Shown: positions 37,420 through 47,790 of the stretch, one piece after another | Position numbering within the stretch: position 1 is the stretch's first letter | How the letters are laid out: each line of letters opens with the position of its first letter | Assembly (NCBI GenBank): GCA_002269645.1 | Contig: NIVC01000037.1 | Coordinates: 310,001 to 374,000 of the forward strand | Direction of reading: 5' to 3' | Source: Macrostomum lignano | Taxonomy: Eukaryota | DNA: 64,000 nt | Translations under genes and position numbers: made by a program | Notes under the pieces: model-generated | What the model was told of the DNA's origin: nothing | Database searches by the model: none | The model's input: only the letters and a program-made list of their open reading frames with translations

Positions 37420-37745
37420 GGAAGTTTTCTCGCCGAGGTTTGCCCGCGCGAGCTTTTCCCGCAGGGAGGTTTTCCTACAGTCAATCGGATCGGATTTTAA
37501 AATCCAATCAGATTTTAAATCTAGTCTAGTCTAGTTCTAACTTAGTCTAGTTTTTAATCTAGTCTAGTTTATGTCTAGTCTAGCCTAGTCTAGTCTACTC
37601 TCGTAGTCTAGACTAGTTCTAATATAGTCCAGCATTGTCTATAGACTGGATTTGACTTAAAATTCCGATTGAAAAAACCCTGTGGGAAATCTCGGCGGGT
37701 AAAACTCTCGCGGGGAAATCTCTCGCGGTAAATTCTCGTGCTCCC
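37420..37745. mobile_element. MITE-like element with inverted subterminal repeats and an (AGTCT)n core
   Basis: GTTTTCTCGC/TTTTCCCGC repeats on the left, GCGGGGAAA/GCGGTAAA repeats on the right, and a TCTAG-repeat spacer. Confidence 0.4.
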
Positions 37746-37932
37746 GTATAATTCTGCGCCTGCATACTCAAAACGCAATCTGAATTAGCATTGTGCATGC
37801 TTACATCCGCACACAGTGGAAACAGCTTCAGGTCATTGTTTAGCAATTTGAAGATCATTATTCACATTTTTAATGCAGAACAATTCATTACTACAAAAAA
37901 TGCATTGTCTGTAGGATCGTCAAACAGAAAAA

Positions 37933-40110
37933 CAATGTAAAGAATCAGCGGTCGCAGCACGGGACAACGATTTGTCTATGGCTCGCGCCTACCGGCGCTC
38001 GCCAGACAATCGTTGCAAGGACAACTTGATAACTCAGGACCGGAAACGAGCCAATTCATGGCGAAAAAAGTATGAGGCTCGTTTAAAAGCATTGTTCTAT
38101 GGCCCATCCGTATGCGCATGCTTTCAGTTGCCAATGTATACTCGTATCATATTTGAATTTTTGATAGGCAGTCAGAAGGCGGCTGCAGGGTCGGTTTTCT
38201 TAAATGTTGAATAGTTTTATTGCATGTTACGCAGCATCCCCAGAGCATTGCTTCAGGGAAGTAAAACTCGCCAACGACAGCAAACAATTTCCGCACTCGC
38301 AAAGCACATGACGGTGATCGCAGCGAAATGAAGCATCCGAAACAGAGGCAAGCAAAATTGAACAGCCACTTACCAAGAAGAAAAATCGGTATCAGCCTTA
38401 GAACAAATGACTTACCGCCGAACAATGGCTTCAACATTATTGCGAGCACTGTTCGAGCAGTTTTGTTATGATTGTCTGACGCTTGGCCGAGCAGATGTTG
38501 GCACCGATAGCGAATCGATGGCTGCACATACATTTCATCGGAAATCAACACACAAGACTTATGCTGCGGTTTCGGTTTGGCAAATGTGACCTTTACGATC
38601 TCGTGTGCATCATTTTCAGTGCCAATCTCTCCTAGACCAGCCAACTGAGTGCGTAATGTGCCTTGATGGGGCAAGGAAGGAGCGTCTGTGCATGCGCGTA
38701 TGCAGAACTGCTAATCAGATAAAGCAAAGCAGATTGGCGCATAGTGGCAATGTCGTATCGTCGATTGTTTGGGTGCGTTGTGGCGAGCTCGAGTAGCTTC
38801 AGGATGAATGTAACCGATGTGTCCGGTACAACTCCATCGTGGTTAAAGGCAATAGAAAGGTTCTTAGATAATGCCCTCAACTCACTTTCGACGTCCACTG
38901 TAGAGTTTTTACAACGATTTATGATAGCTTCAAGTTGCGACCAATACTTTAATGTTGGTTGAAATCCAAGCAGATCTCAAACCGCAACTGGTGAGTGTAA
39001 CCGAAAGCATCGCACGGAATAGTTTGGTGAAACGAAAACTCGCAGAACCATTTCGGCATTGGTGCTTAACGAGAAGATAAACACCTCCTCTTGAACAATG
39101 GTAACGATAAGCTGATGTGCTTTGATGACGTCTAAACAGTGAATGGATGCTCGGAATTCAGTCCACGATGGCAGCGTGTCACGCTCTCGAAATTCTACTA
39201 GTTCATCTTGGAAAAGGCATCGTTCGGACAACAACACGCCCCTTCCCTCAGCCTGTCGACTGGCACGCACTGCAATATCCAAGCACGCATCTTAGTGTTT
39301 CGTTTCGACCCTATTTGATGGAGTGCAAATACGCTCGAATATTTGAATTAAAGCAGTAGAAATTCACAAACTTTGTGTTTGAACGAGGCAGGACTGCGGG
39401 ACTCCGTCGAAAACTGATGGTGGATGTAGCGGCCTTTCATTTCTTCCCTTTTTTATCATTGGTGCATCTTGAGGCCAGTGCTTAGCACACACGCCCATGT
39501 AGTCTGTCACGGTCTAAACAACAACAAAATTGTTAATGAATTCATGTGGCCAGGCTAAATCTGATTCACAAAGCACATTTGAAGAAAGTCTTACCGTCAG
39601 TTGATTAGGCAGTGACAGTCGCCAAGCCTCTCGTTCAGTTGCATCTTTAGGAAACGAAAGTCTTACCGTCAGTTGATTAGGCAGAGACAGTCGCCAAGCC
39701 TCTCGTTCAGTTGCATCTTTAGGAAACGAAAGTCTTACCGTCAGTTGATTAGGCAGAGACAGTCGCCAAGCCTCTCGTTCAGTTGCATCTTTAGGAAACG
39801 AAAATACTGCAACATTCCGATCACGGTTGCTATTTTAGTTTGCACAACAGAAAATGACGCTGAATTTTCTCGGCATGATATTTAGTTTTAGCAAGAATAA
39901 AAGTTCTCTCTCTCAAATGCAAGTGCATGCGAAGAACTCAATTTTCAGCTCAGATTTCTTCGCTTTTGTAGCTTTGGATGGGCCATGGAACAATGCTTTT
40001 AAACGAGCCTCTTACTTTTTTCGCCATGAATTGGCTCGTTTCCGGTCCTGAGATATCAAGTTGTCCTTGATCGTTGTCACGCACTGGGACCGCTGATTAT
40101 TTATCCATTG
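37933..40110 (-). mobile_element. Internally deleted P-superfamily (THAP, Galileo-like) DNA transposon with long TIRs
   Basis: TIRs at 37933-38109 and 39976-40110 (CAATG..AATCAGCGGTC..GACAACTTGATA.CTCAGGACCGGAAACGAGCC..GGCCCATCC). Minus-strand remnants include THAP-like VCAKHWP (~39490), RRYDIATMRQSALLYLISSSAY and CVLISDEMYVQPSIRY..ARTVLAIMLKPLFGGKSFVLRLIP. The catalytic C-terminus is missing, and no TSD was found. Confidence 0.8.
39585..39802. repeat. Tandem repeat, ~72-bp unit x3, inside the THAP element
   Basis: GAAAGTCTTACCGTCAGTTGATTAGGCAG..CATCTTTAGGAAAC occurs three times. Confidence 0.9.
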
Positions 40111-40201
40111 TTCCACAGTTATCGAATATTACCATAGACATCTGGATTCGAAACATTAATCGCAGAGTATATTTGTGAATAGATACAGAACTGCAAGTAT
40201 A

Positions 40202-41196
40202 TCTATTAAACTTCGGATTAGTCAAAAGTGAGTTCAAATTCGTCAGCGTATGCAAAACTATATAGCGCTCAATCAAGGGGAAGAGATTGAGTGTCTATGG
40301 TAATTTTTTAGAGAAAGTGACTTCGAATTCGTCTAAGTAAGTAAAATTCGTCAGTGCAAATACAGCCTAATCAGAAAAAGTGTTTGCTTTGTCCATGGTA
40401 AGAAAAGAAGGTGTCTATGGTAAATTTAAGTAAGAAAGTGAGTGAATTTCGTCTGTGGAAAGTAGCCCAATTTCTTGAAACCTTCATTTCATGCTTTGAT
40501 TGTTGTCAGAGATGCCCTACATGACAACAAACAGTCAATGTAACGCACAAAGTCCCGTCAAGCCGACGACTGATTGCCTGAGTTGTCACAGCAGGAGCAG
40601 CAGGAAAATCTGCAACAAGCTTTTGCTGCATTTCTTTGAGGGTCACAGTCGGCTTCTCTTCCACATACCTGGTCAACGCCCCGAGCATCTCCTCAGAAAA
40701 CTTTAGTCTCACTGCACCTCCATGCGCGTTAAGATCAATCCTACCCTCATCAACATATCTCTTGATGATGTCACTGGCAGTTGTCCTCTTGATATCCAGT
40801 TCAATTGCGAGTTGTCTCCAGTCTCGTCCTTGTTGAAAACATCGCACGAGTCTAGAGCGATCCACAGACGAAATTCTCATGTAGGGCATCTCTGACAACA
40901 ATCAAAGCATGAAATGAAGATTTCAAGAAATTGGGCTACTTTTCCACAGACGAAATTCACTCACTTTCTTACTTAAATTTACCATAGACACCTTCTTTTC
41001 TTACCATGGACAAAGCAAACACTTTTTCTGATCAGGCTGTATTTGCACTGACGAATTTCACTTACTTTGACGAATTCGAAGTCACTTTCTCTAAAAATTT
41101 ACCATAGACACTAATTCTCTTCCCCTTGAGCGCCATATAGTTTTGCATACGCTGACGAATTTGAACTCACTTTTGACGAATACGAAGTTGAAAAGG
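40202..41196 (-). mobile_element. Tc1/mariner(IS630)-like foldback derivative with ~320-bp inverted arms
   Basis: Arms 40202-40522 and 40877-41196 are near-perfect inverted repeats, each flanked by TA. Both include the transposase 5'UTR and ATGCCCTACATG. Confidence 0.85.
40506..40901 (-). CDS. Truncated Tc1-like transposase, DNA-binding (HTH) region only
   Basis: MPYMRISSVDRSRLVRCFQQGRDWRQLAIELDIKRTTASDIIKRY..HGG..KFSEEM..YVEEKPTVTLKEMQQKL..TTQAISRRL is a paired-like/homeodomain-like HTH. There is no DDE domain. Confidence 0.7.
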   Translation of the reverse strand: MLSEMPYMRISSVDRSRLVRCFQQGRDWRQLAIELDIKRTTASDIIKRYVDEGRIDLNAHGGAVRLKFSEEMLGALTRYVEEKPTVTLKEMQQKLVADFPAAPAVTTQAISRRLDGTLCVTLTVCCHVGHL

Positions 41197-42097
41197 TATA
41201 GTAAATGAACAAAAGGGCAAAAATGAATACAACTAAAGAACAATTTACACGAAAGGAGTTCATGATAAATTATGTCACAGTGCACTTCATCAGTTTGTAG
41301 TTGAAATTTGATGATGCGATAATCAATGTCTCACCCAAAGTGAAATATACAGTTCTCAAAAAGGCAGTTCCCAAAGATCCTCGGATACACACGAGATTCG
41401 ATAGCGAATACACCGATTTATCTGCTCAACCGTTGATATCGGCAATGACTGTAACTCAACGCTATCCATTGTCGAACTCAAATCCACATCAGAGACATCC
41501 ATTTTCGGCAGTTCCGACGGGTCTTCATTGCGTCGGTCGTTCTCCAGCCAGTGAATGAATTCAGACAAACGCCTGGTCATCATGATGGTTCGAAAAGGTA
41601 AGCTCAGACAAAAATTACAACTCCCATATTCACACCGTTTAAGGCGTCGACAGCAAGATGTTTTCAATTAAAAAGCGTTTGACGAGACAAATAGCTTTTA
41701 GTTTCTTGTTTTCGTGCTTTATTGCAGGACGCACGCGAAATAAGCATTTATCAGTGTTGTCTATGGTCAAACTAAGACGCACATCACCTAACCTAACGAG
41801 GTGAAGTCACCTCTTCAGTAGATACCTTGGCCTCTTTAGTAGTTACGGATGTTACCCCAAATAGACATCTTGCCCTCTTCAGAAGACATGCACACCTGTA
41901 AACACTCCAATAGTTGCCCACATTTTAGCATGTAAAAACTAAACGCGCATATAATTCACGGGTTAACAGCCTTCATTTTATTCTCTTGGATAAATTGATT
42001 AAAAGTCCATTTGCAAGAAAGCTGCTAGGTCTTCATATAACTGACATGCGCTTTGAGATCCAGGCCCTGTGTCAGAGCAACCCAGCTGCAACCTCTT

Positions 42098-43050
42098 AGA
42101 CCTGACTTAGCTGCAGGGGGCTCCGGGCATCCGGGTGCAGCGGAGAGGCGTTGACGCCCATTCCGCTAACCCATGGCAACTACGGGCAGCTAGTGCTGCG
42201 GTGTCGCGCAGGGAGATCCGGTGGTGCCGGTGTCCGCCGGTGGTGCCGGTGTCCAGGAGGTGGATGGTCGCTCGCCCGGTTGCCCTAAGGTAGCGGACGA
42301 GCTGGCAGAAATTCTCGAGCCTGAAACTGTCAAAACGGTCCGGGTTTGGACCTGTCCTGAGTAAAGGCGGAGCATTTACAAAGTGCTCCGCATTCTGAAC
42401 ACCGGAGAGGCAGAAGAGGCATTCATTAATGCGGATTTTTCCCTGGGTTTTTCCCTGCTTTGCAAAACAGCCATTGCTTGAGAGGGCCATGGTTACCGCC
42501 CTGATGTCCCTGCAGTTGAGTCTAAGCAGGGCCCTGCGGAGGTCGGGTGAGGAACAGGCGACAGTCGCGCGCGATTGCCGGCAGTCGGGGGCGTTATCCC
42601 ACCTTTCTGTGCTTAGATGCCACCCACTGGTTAATACGAGTCGTGACAACGGCTGGTGGGGTGGGGGACATAGGCAAAGGAATCATTAAAAGACCCGATC
42701 GAGCCAGCCTTGGCCAGGCCATCGGCTGACTCGTTGCCGGGGTGGCCCAACTGCCCGGGGATCCATCTTAGAGACACCTAGTTGGAGGCGCCTAAGCGGT
42801 TACGCTACGCGATGCAGTCGAGAACTGTACGTGAGCAGGTGGTGATGCGCTTAAGGGCGTGGATCGTCGCTTGGCTGTCTGAGTGGAGGGTAATCTCCTT
42901 CCCCCAGCCTCATTGATTGTACGAGAATAGCTCCATGGCGAAGGCGCTGACGGCGAGCAGTGCGTGCGCAGCATTCCAGCTTCGGTGGCGACTCTGATTG
43001 CATGTAACTCTTGTAGGTCACGTGATCCGGACCGCGTTATATCCATGCCA
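42098..43050 (-). mobile_element. Degenerate 3' fragment of a related LOA/I-group LINE
   Basis: RNase H remnant ITLHSDSQATIHAL..TVLDC..SLRWIPG and the segment [39 protein letters not shown]. It shares the 3' end CCCCCTGCAGCTAAGTCA with the copy ending at 26571. Confidence 0.88.
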
Positions 43051-43169
43051 TATTTATTTGAAACAGGATATTCTGTGGTACGAGCGTGTTTGAAGACCTA
43101 ACAATAAACGCGTGTACGTGTACTAATGGACTAATTCTACACAGTTTCACACAATTAGGGAACTTTATT

Positions 43170-43997
43170 CTCTGCGGGCTTCAGGTAGATGGGCCAGCGC
43201 CGTTCCTGTTTGTTGTGCCGCTTGGCTAGGGGCTGGGGACTGCTCTTCTTACCAACGACAACGGCTTTCTGCTGCCACGACGCGTGGGTCGACGCTATCT
43301 GGAGAGGAGGCGGCTCAGCGTGTTTGGCTACGTCGACGATTGCGCCCTGTTGTCCTCAACCGTCCTAGTGAAGCTGTACAGTCTGGTTGCTGTTGCAGCG
43401 AGTGTCAGCCTGGTGGTCAACACTCAGAAGACCATTTTGCCGGACGACATGAAGTTGCAGTTCGTCTACCTCGACGGTTTGGTTTCCGACGTCCACGGTA
43501 TTCGTTCTGTAAGGGCTGGCTGTCCTGCAGTCCAAGGCCGTATCTGACCGCCAGATGCTGGCGTTACTCCAGACGGTGGTCGAGACCGTCCTGATTTACA
43601 ACGCCGAGACCTGAACGCTGGCAGAACTCGCTCGAACAGCAAGTTGATGCGGCGCATGCTGAACTGCTGCGCCACGAGTGAGATCGGCGAAGAGTGAGTC
43701 ACCAACGCGGCACGCTGTATCGCCACACTGTCCTGGTCCCGTCCAAGTGACCTGTTGCACCGTCGGAGACTCCAGTTAGAAAGCCACATCAACTGCGCCG
43801 AGTCGCACTGTCCACAGATGGTGCAGGAGATGTGCTGCTGCTGCTGGCGCTTCAGGCAGCCAGCTACGGCGGTGACAAGCATGCACTCGCAGCGCTTCGT
43901 CAACTGCGTCCAGGCAGGCGCTGGCGACCCGGATTTGGTCGGCGGCGTGACCTTCGTTCGCGCCCAGGCCCCAAGCCGCCCTGTGACGCTGCCCTAG
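43170..43997 (+). mobile_element. Degenerate RTE-like LINE 3' fragment
   Basis: RT motif FGYVDDCALLS..SLVVNTQKT (43284-43440) and LLQTVVETVLIYNAET* (~43555-43615), typical of the RTE-clade C-terminal region. Many stops and frameshifts. Confidence 0.7.
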
Positions 43998-44209
43998 TTT
44001 TTCTTGACATCTTGTTGTTTTTAATGATTGCTATAGTGCGTTCTACGACAATTACCTGCGCACAACTACCTGCAAGACAACTGCCTGCACTACTACTGCC
44101 TCCACGATAACTGCCTGCACATCAACCCTAATCCTAACCCCAATCCCCAGGCAGCTGTCTTGCTACAGCTTACTAGTTCTGTAGTTAATGCCAAACTGAT
44201 TGTTTAAAT

Positions 44210-44434
44210 CTGGGGTCGGCAAACCTTTTTACCTTGAGGGCCAGAGAAATAATCCAGCTCATGCCTGCGGGCCAGGTGAGAGAGGAAAGCAGAGGGAATA
44301 GAGGAGAAAGAACAGGAAAGAGGAGATGAGAGAATACGAAGCGTAGAAGAGGATAGATAAGATGAGAGATGAAAGAAGAGAGCTGAGAAGACACAAGCGG
44401 GCCGGATTGCTATTGTGGAGTTTTCCGACCCCTG
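44210..44434. mobile_element. hAT-type MITE
   Basis: Ends CTGGGGTCGGCAAAC and GTTTTCCGACCCCTG, with internal GCGGGCC motifs. Flanks GTTTAAAT/GTCTAGTT are only an imperfect 8-bp TSD. Confidence 0.65.
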
Positions 44435-45212
44435 GTCTAGTTAGTGAAGTTTCTGCTTTTACTTAATTGCCTTGTGGATTGTTAACGCAAATCTTCTAAT
44501 TGTACTACTATTCAGCTACTACTAGTAGTATGCTTAAAGTTTGTCTGTTAAATGAAAAAGCGTCGTGATATGCTTGCGTAAAATCCATTGTACTGGGGGT
44601 CGAAGGAAGTACATATTTTTGATCATTTCGCTAGCGCGTGGGAGGAGCATAGTCCAAAGTTCATCAGGTTCACTTCCAGAACAGAACAGTTAACCAAATG
44701 TAAAGTCGAATAATTGCTAGCACAGTTTAGGCTGGTCAGCTTCCGCGCGGCCTACAGGCTGCACTCTGCACTGTTTTTCTCACGCCACCGAGTTTATAAC
44801 GCTTTTTACAGCAATTTCTGTTAAATCAATCCCATTGGCCAAAGCTTGCCCTAATCGAAATGTGACTGGCCAAACCCTTTGCCAACTGCAGTTCTTATAG
44901 ATTAGCACGAATTGCATTTTGGTGGCGAGCACTACTTATCTTCGGAAATAAGCTGTTTCGGCTTATCTTCATAGCTGGTCCCCCGTTTATTGGCACTGAG
45001 CTGACACTCTCCTCGTGGCTGTTTCAGCCGTTGCTACATGTTAGTTTTTTCTGATATTTTTCTCTACAGTAATGACTTCTTCAGATTTGAGCAAGCTAGC
45101 TTTGGGAATTATCGACTATTAAATATACTCGTAAATATATATTCTACGACATCTCGCTTCGCTGCGTGTTGACGACTGCTGGGTGAGTGCCTGATTTGCT
45201 CAATTTTGTGCT

Positions 45213-45935
45213 GGCGCGCCCCTGGTGCTGGCGCGCCCCTGGTGCTAAAGCCCCTAGTGCTAAAGTCCTGGTGCTAAAGCCCCTAGTGCTAAAGTCCTGG
45301 TGCTAAAGCCCCTAGTGCTAAAGTCCTGGTGCTAAAGCCCCTAGTGCTTAAGTCCTGGTGCTAAAGCCCCTAGTGCTAAAGTCCTGGTGCTAAAGCCCCT
45401 AGTGCTAAAGTCCTGGTGCTAAAGCCCCTAGTGCTAAAGTCCTGGTGCTAAAGCCCCTAGTGCTAAAGTCCTGGTGCTAAAGCCCCTAGTGCTAAAGTCC
45501 TGGTGCTAAAGCCCCTAGTGCTAAAGTCCTGGTGCTAAAGCCCCTAGTGCTAAAGTCCTGGTGCTAAAGCCCCTGGTGCTGGCGCGCCCCTGGTGCTAAA
45601 GCCCCTAGTGCTAAAGTCCTGGTGCTAAAGCCCCTAGTGCTAAAGTCCTGGTGCTAAAGCCCCTAGTGCTAAAGTACTGGTGCTAAAGCCCCTGGTGCTG
45701 TTGCTCCTGGTGCTTGCGTTCCTGGTGCTAAAGCCCCTGGTGCTAAAGCCCCTGGTGCTAAAGCCCCTGGTGCTAAAGTCCTGGTGCTAAAGCCCCTAGT
45801 GCTAAAGTCCTGGTGCTAAAGCCCCTAGTGCTAAAGTACTGGTGCTAAAGCCCCTGGTGCTGTTGCTCCTGGTGCTTGCGTTCCTGGTGCTAAAGCCCCT
45901 GGTGCTAAAGTCCTGGTGCTAAAGCCCCTGGTGCT
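45213..45935. repeat. Minisatellite, 14/15-bp subunits forming a 29-bp higher-order unit
   Basis: TGCTAAAGCCCCTAG and TGCTAAAGTCCTGG alternate. A larger block duplication includes GTTGCTCCTGGTGCTTGCGTTCC. Confidence 0.95.
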
Positions 45936-47790
45936 AAGGCCCTGGTTCTATAAGCATCTGCATTTCTATGAGCATAAAGCAGGTATCAATCCCAGAGTGC
46001 AACTGTACTTTTGCAGCATTAGTGATGGAATTAAGTGCAGCTCAAATTTAGCGGGCTCAATACCCAGGTTTAATTGTTGGCGGGTGGCGTGGGAGTTACA
46101 TGTACATATAAGACTGACTGACTCAGACATCAGTCATGACAATATGAAATTATGGATGAGAGATGACATATTTCAATTAGCAATTAATAATGCAACAGAC
46201 AGACGTGGGCGGCTATGACTACTCAGATTATTACGAGTTTAAGCTGTCTCTGCAGAGCCCACAATGGACTTTTAGCAGCCCCGGACGGAGACTGCAAACG
46301 CACGGAGATTGCAAAGCCTAACACCGGGCAGCCACTCCCTTCATCCAAGGACGAGAGGCTTCTAGTTGGGCTCTGAGGCCGCCACACCCGTCCAAGATGA
46401 TCTGCTGGGCTCCCCCCGTAGAAACACCCGATGCATGGGGAAGCTGAGTGGGCCACTCCCCCCTTCTCAAGCATTGATTTGGCCAATATTGTACAGCTTG
46501 GATTGAATTGGCAATTTTATAAATCCACGGAGCTGTGTAAATAATTTCAGGCCCTCTCTAACAATAGTACATACATGAACGCGCGAGTGTAGAGTCAACA
46601 ATATGTTGACGCATAAAATAAAGTGCACCACGTGAGTTAAGCATCTCAAAAGAGGGCAGGACGGTAACAAGAGTCGCCTGTAAACATTGTGCTATTATGC
46701 TAGCAGAGAGTATTAAATACTCATCGGAACTTCTATTCAGTATTGTTGTTTGGGCTGTGCCGTGAGCTCCCCTTCCTTCCCTGCCTGTCGGTTAGAGTTC
46801 GCGCGGAATCAGATCGGTCCCACATGTGACTCTGCCGGCGTGGGAGTCTGTTTTCATTTGCTTCATCCTGGCGCGTCCGGTGCCCTCCCACGCCTCCCCG
46901 TGAGTTGAGGCCATTGGAGAGCCCCCGCCTACGCAGCTTTCGGCCCTCATCAATGAGAAACTGCTGGGAACGAGAGGCGCTGGGCAGCTCGGCAGCTATG
47001 GGGGAATGAGGGTGGACGCGGTTTGCGGGCTCCGTCAGTGTGTACGCGTCTGGCCTGCTCAAAGTGCGCGGAACCTATCGCTTTCGCTCCCTCGCTCTCT
47101 CGCCTTACGGGGAGGCGGGTTAGGCTGGGTGCGTGGGACGGGACTAAATGAACCGGGGGGGGGGGGGGTGAAGGGTAGAGAGTACCAGAAAAACTGGAGA
47201 GCAAGGCCGGGGGAGCAGGTCGGTTGGTTAATTTTCATTCACAAAAAAACTCCACCCTACAATCTCTTTGTCCGGGGCTGATGAGTGGGTGAGAGCGATC
47301 AGTTCTCCTTCTCCGTCCCCATGCGCGTCCTTGCCCCCCCCTTACCCTTCCTTTCCCTCCGTACGCTGCTAATCTAGGCTTGGGCAAGGCAGGCGAGAGG
47401 AGCTCAATGGAGCTCCACGGCGTGTTGAGGTGAGGAAGAGCGGAGTAAGGGGGGGGGGAGAAGGGAACAGCGTGGAGCGGAAAGTCCTTTTTTTGGATAG
47501 CTTAGAGAAACAGGGAACAGAAACAGCTCTGAGAGTGAGTTGGAGCAGGGGAGACAGACTCGCTCAAGCATTGAAAAGTTTTTACCGCACGGAGTCCCCC
47601 CACAGTTGCATTTCCGCTGGCGCATTCCAAGCCTGCAGCGCATTGATATTGTGTGTGTGTGAAATGTGAAAACACCTGCCTGTTGCTATCCATCAACTCG
47701 CAGAGGCGGCTCAACCCTCAGGACAGTCGGACGCTGCTCGGACGCTGAGTTGAAGTTGTTGGCCAGAGGAGGCAACAGCGAGGCCGGCCG

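Noticed and set aside
45916-46486. ORFs 45916-46218 and 46223-46486 as genes
   Set aside because: No recognisable domain. The first starts inside the minisatellite, and the second looks like a TE UTR fragment that I cannot assign.
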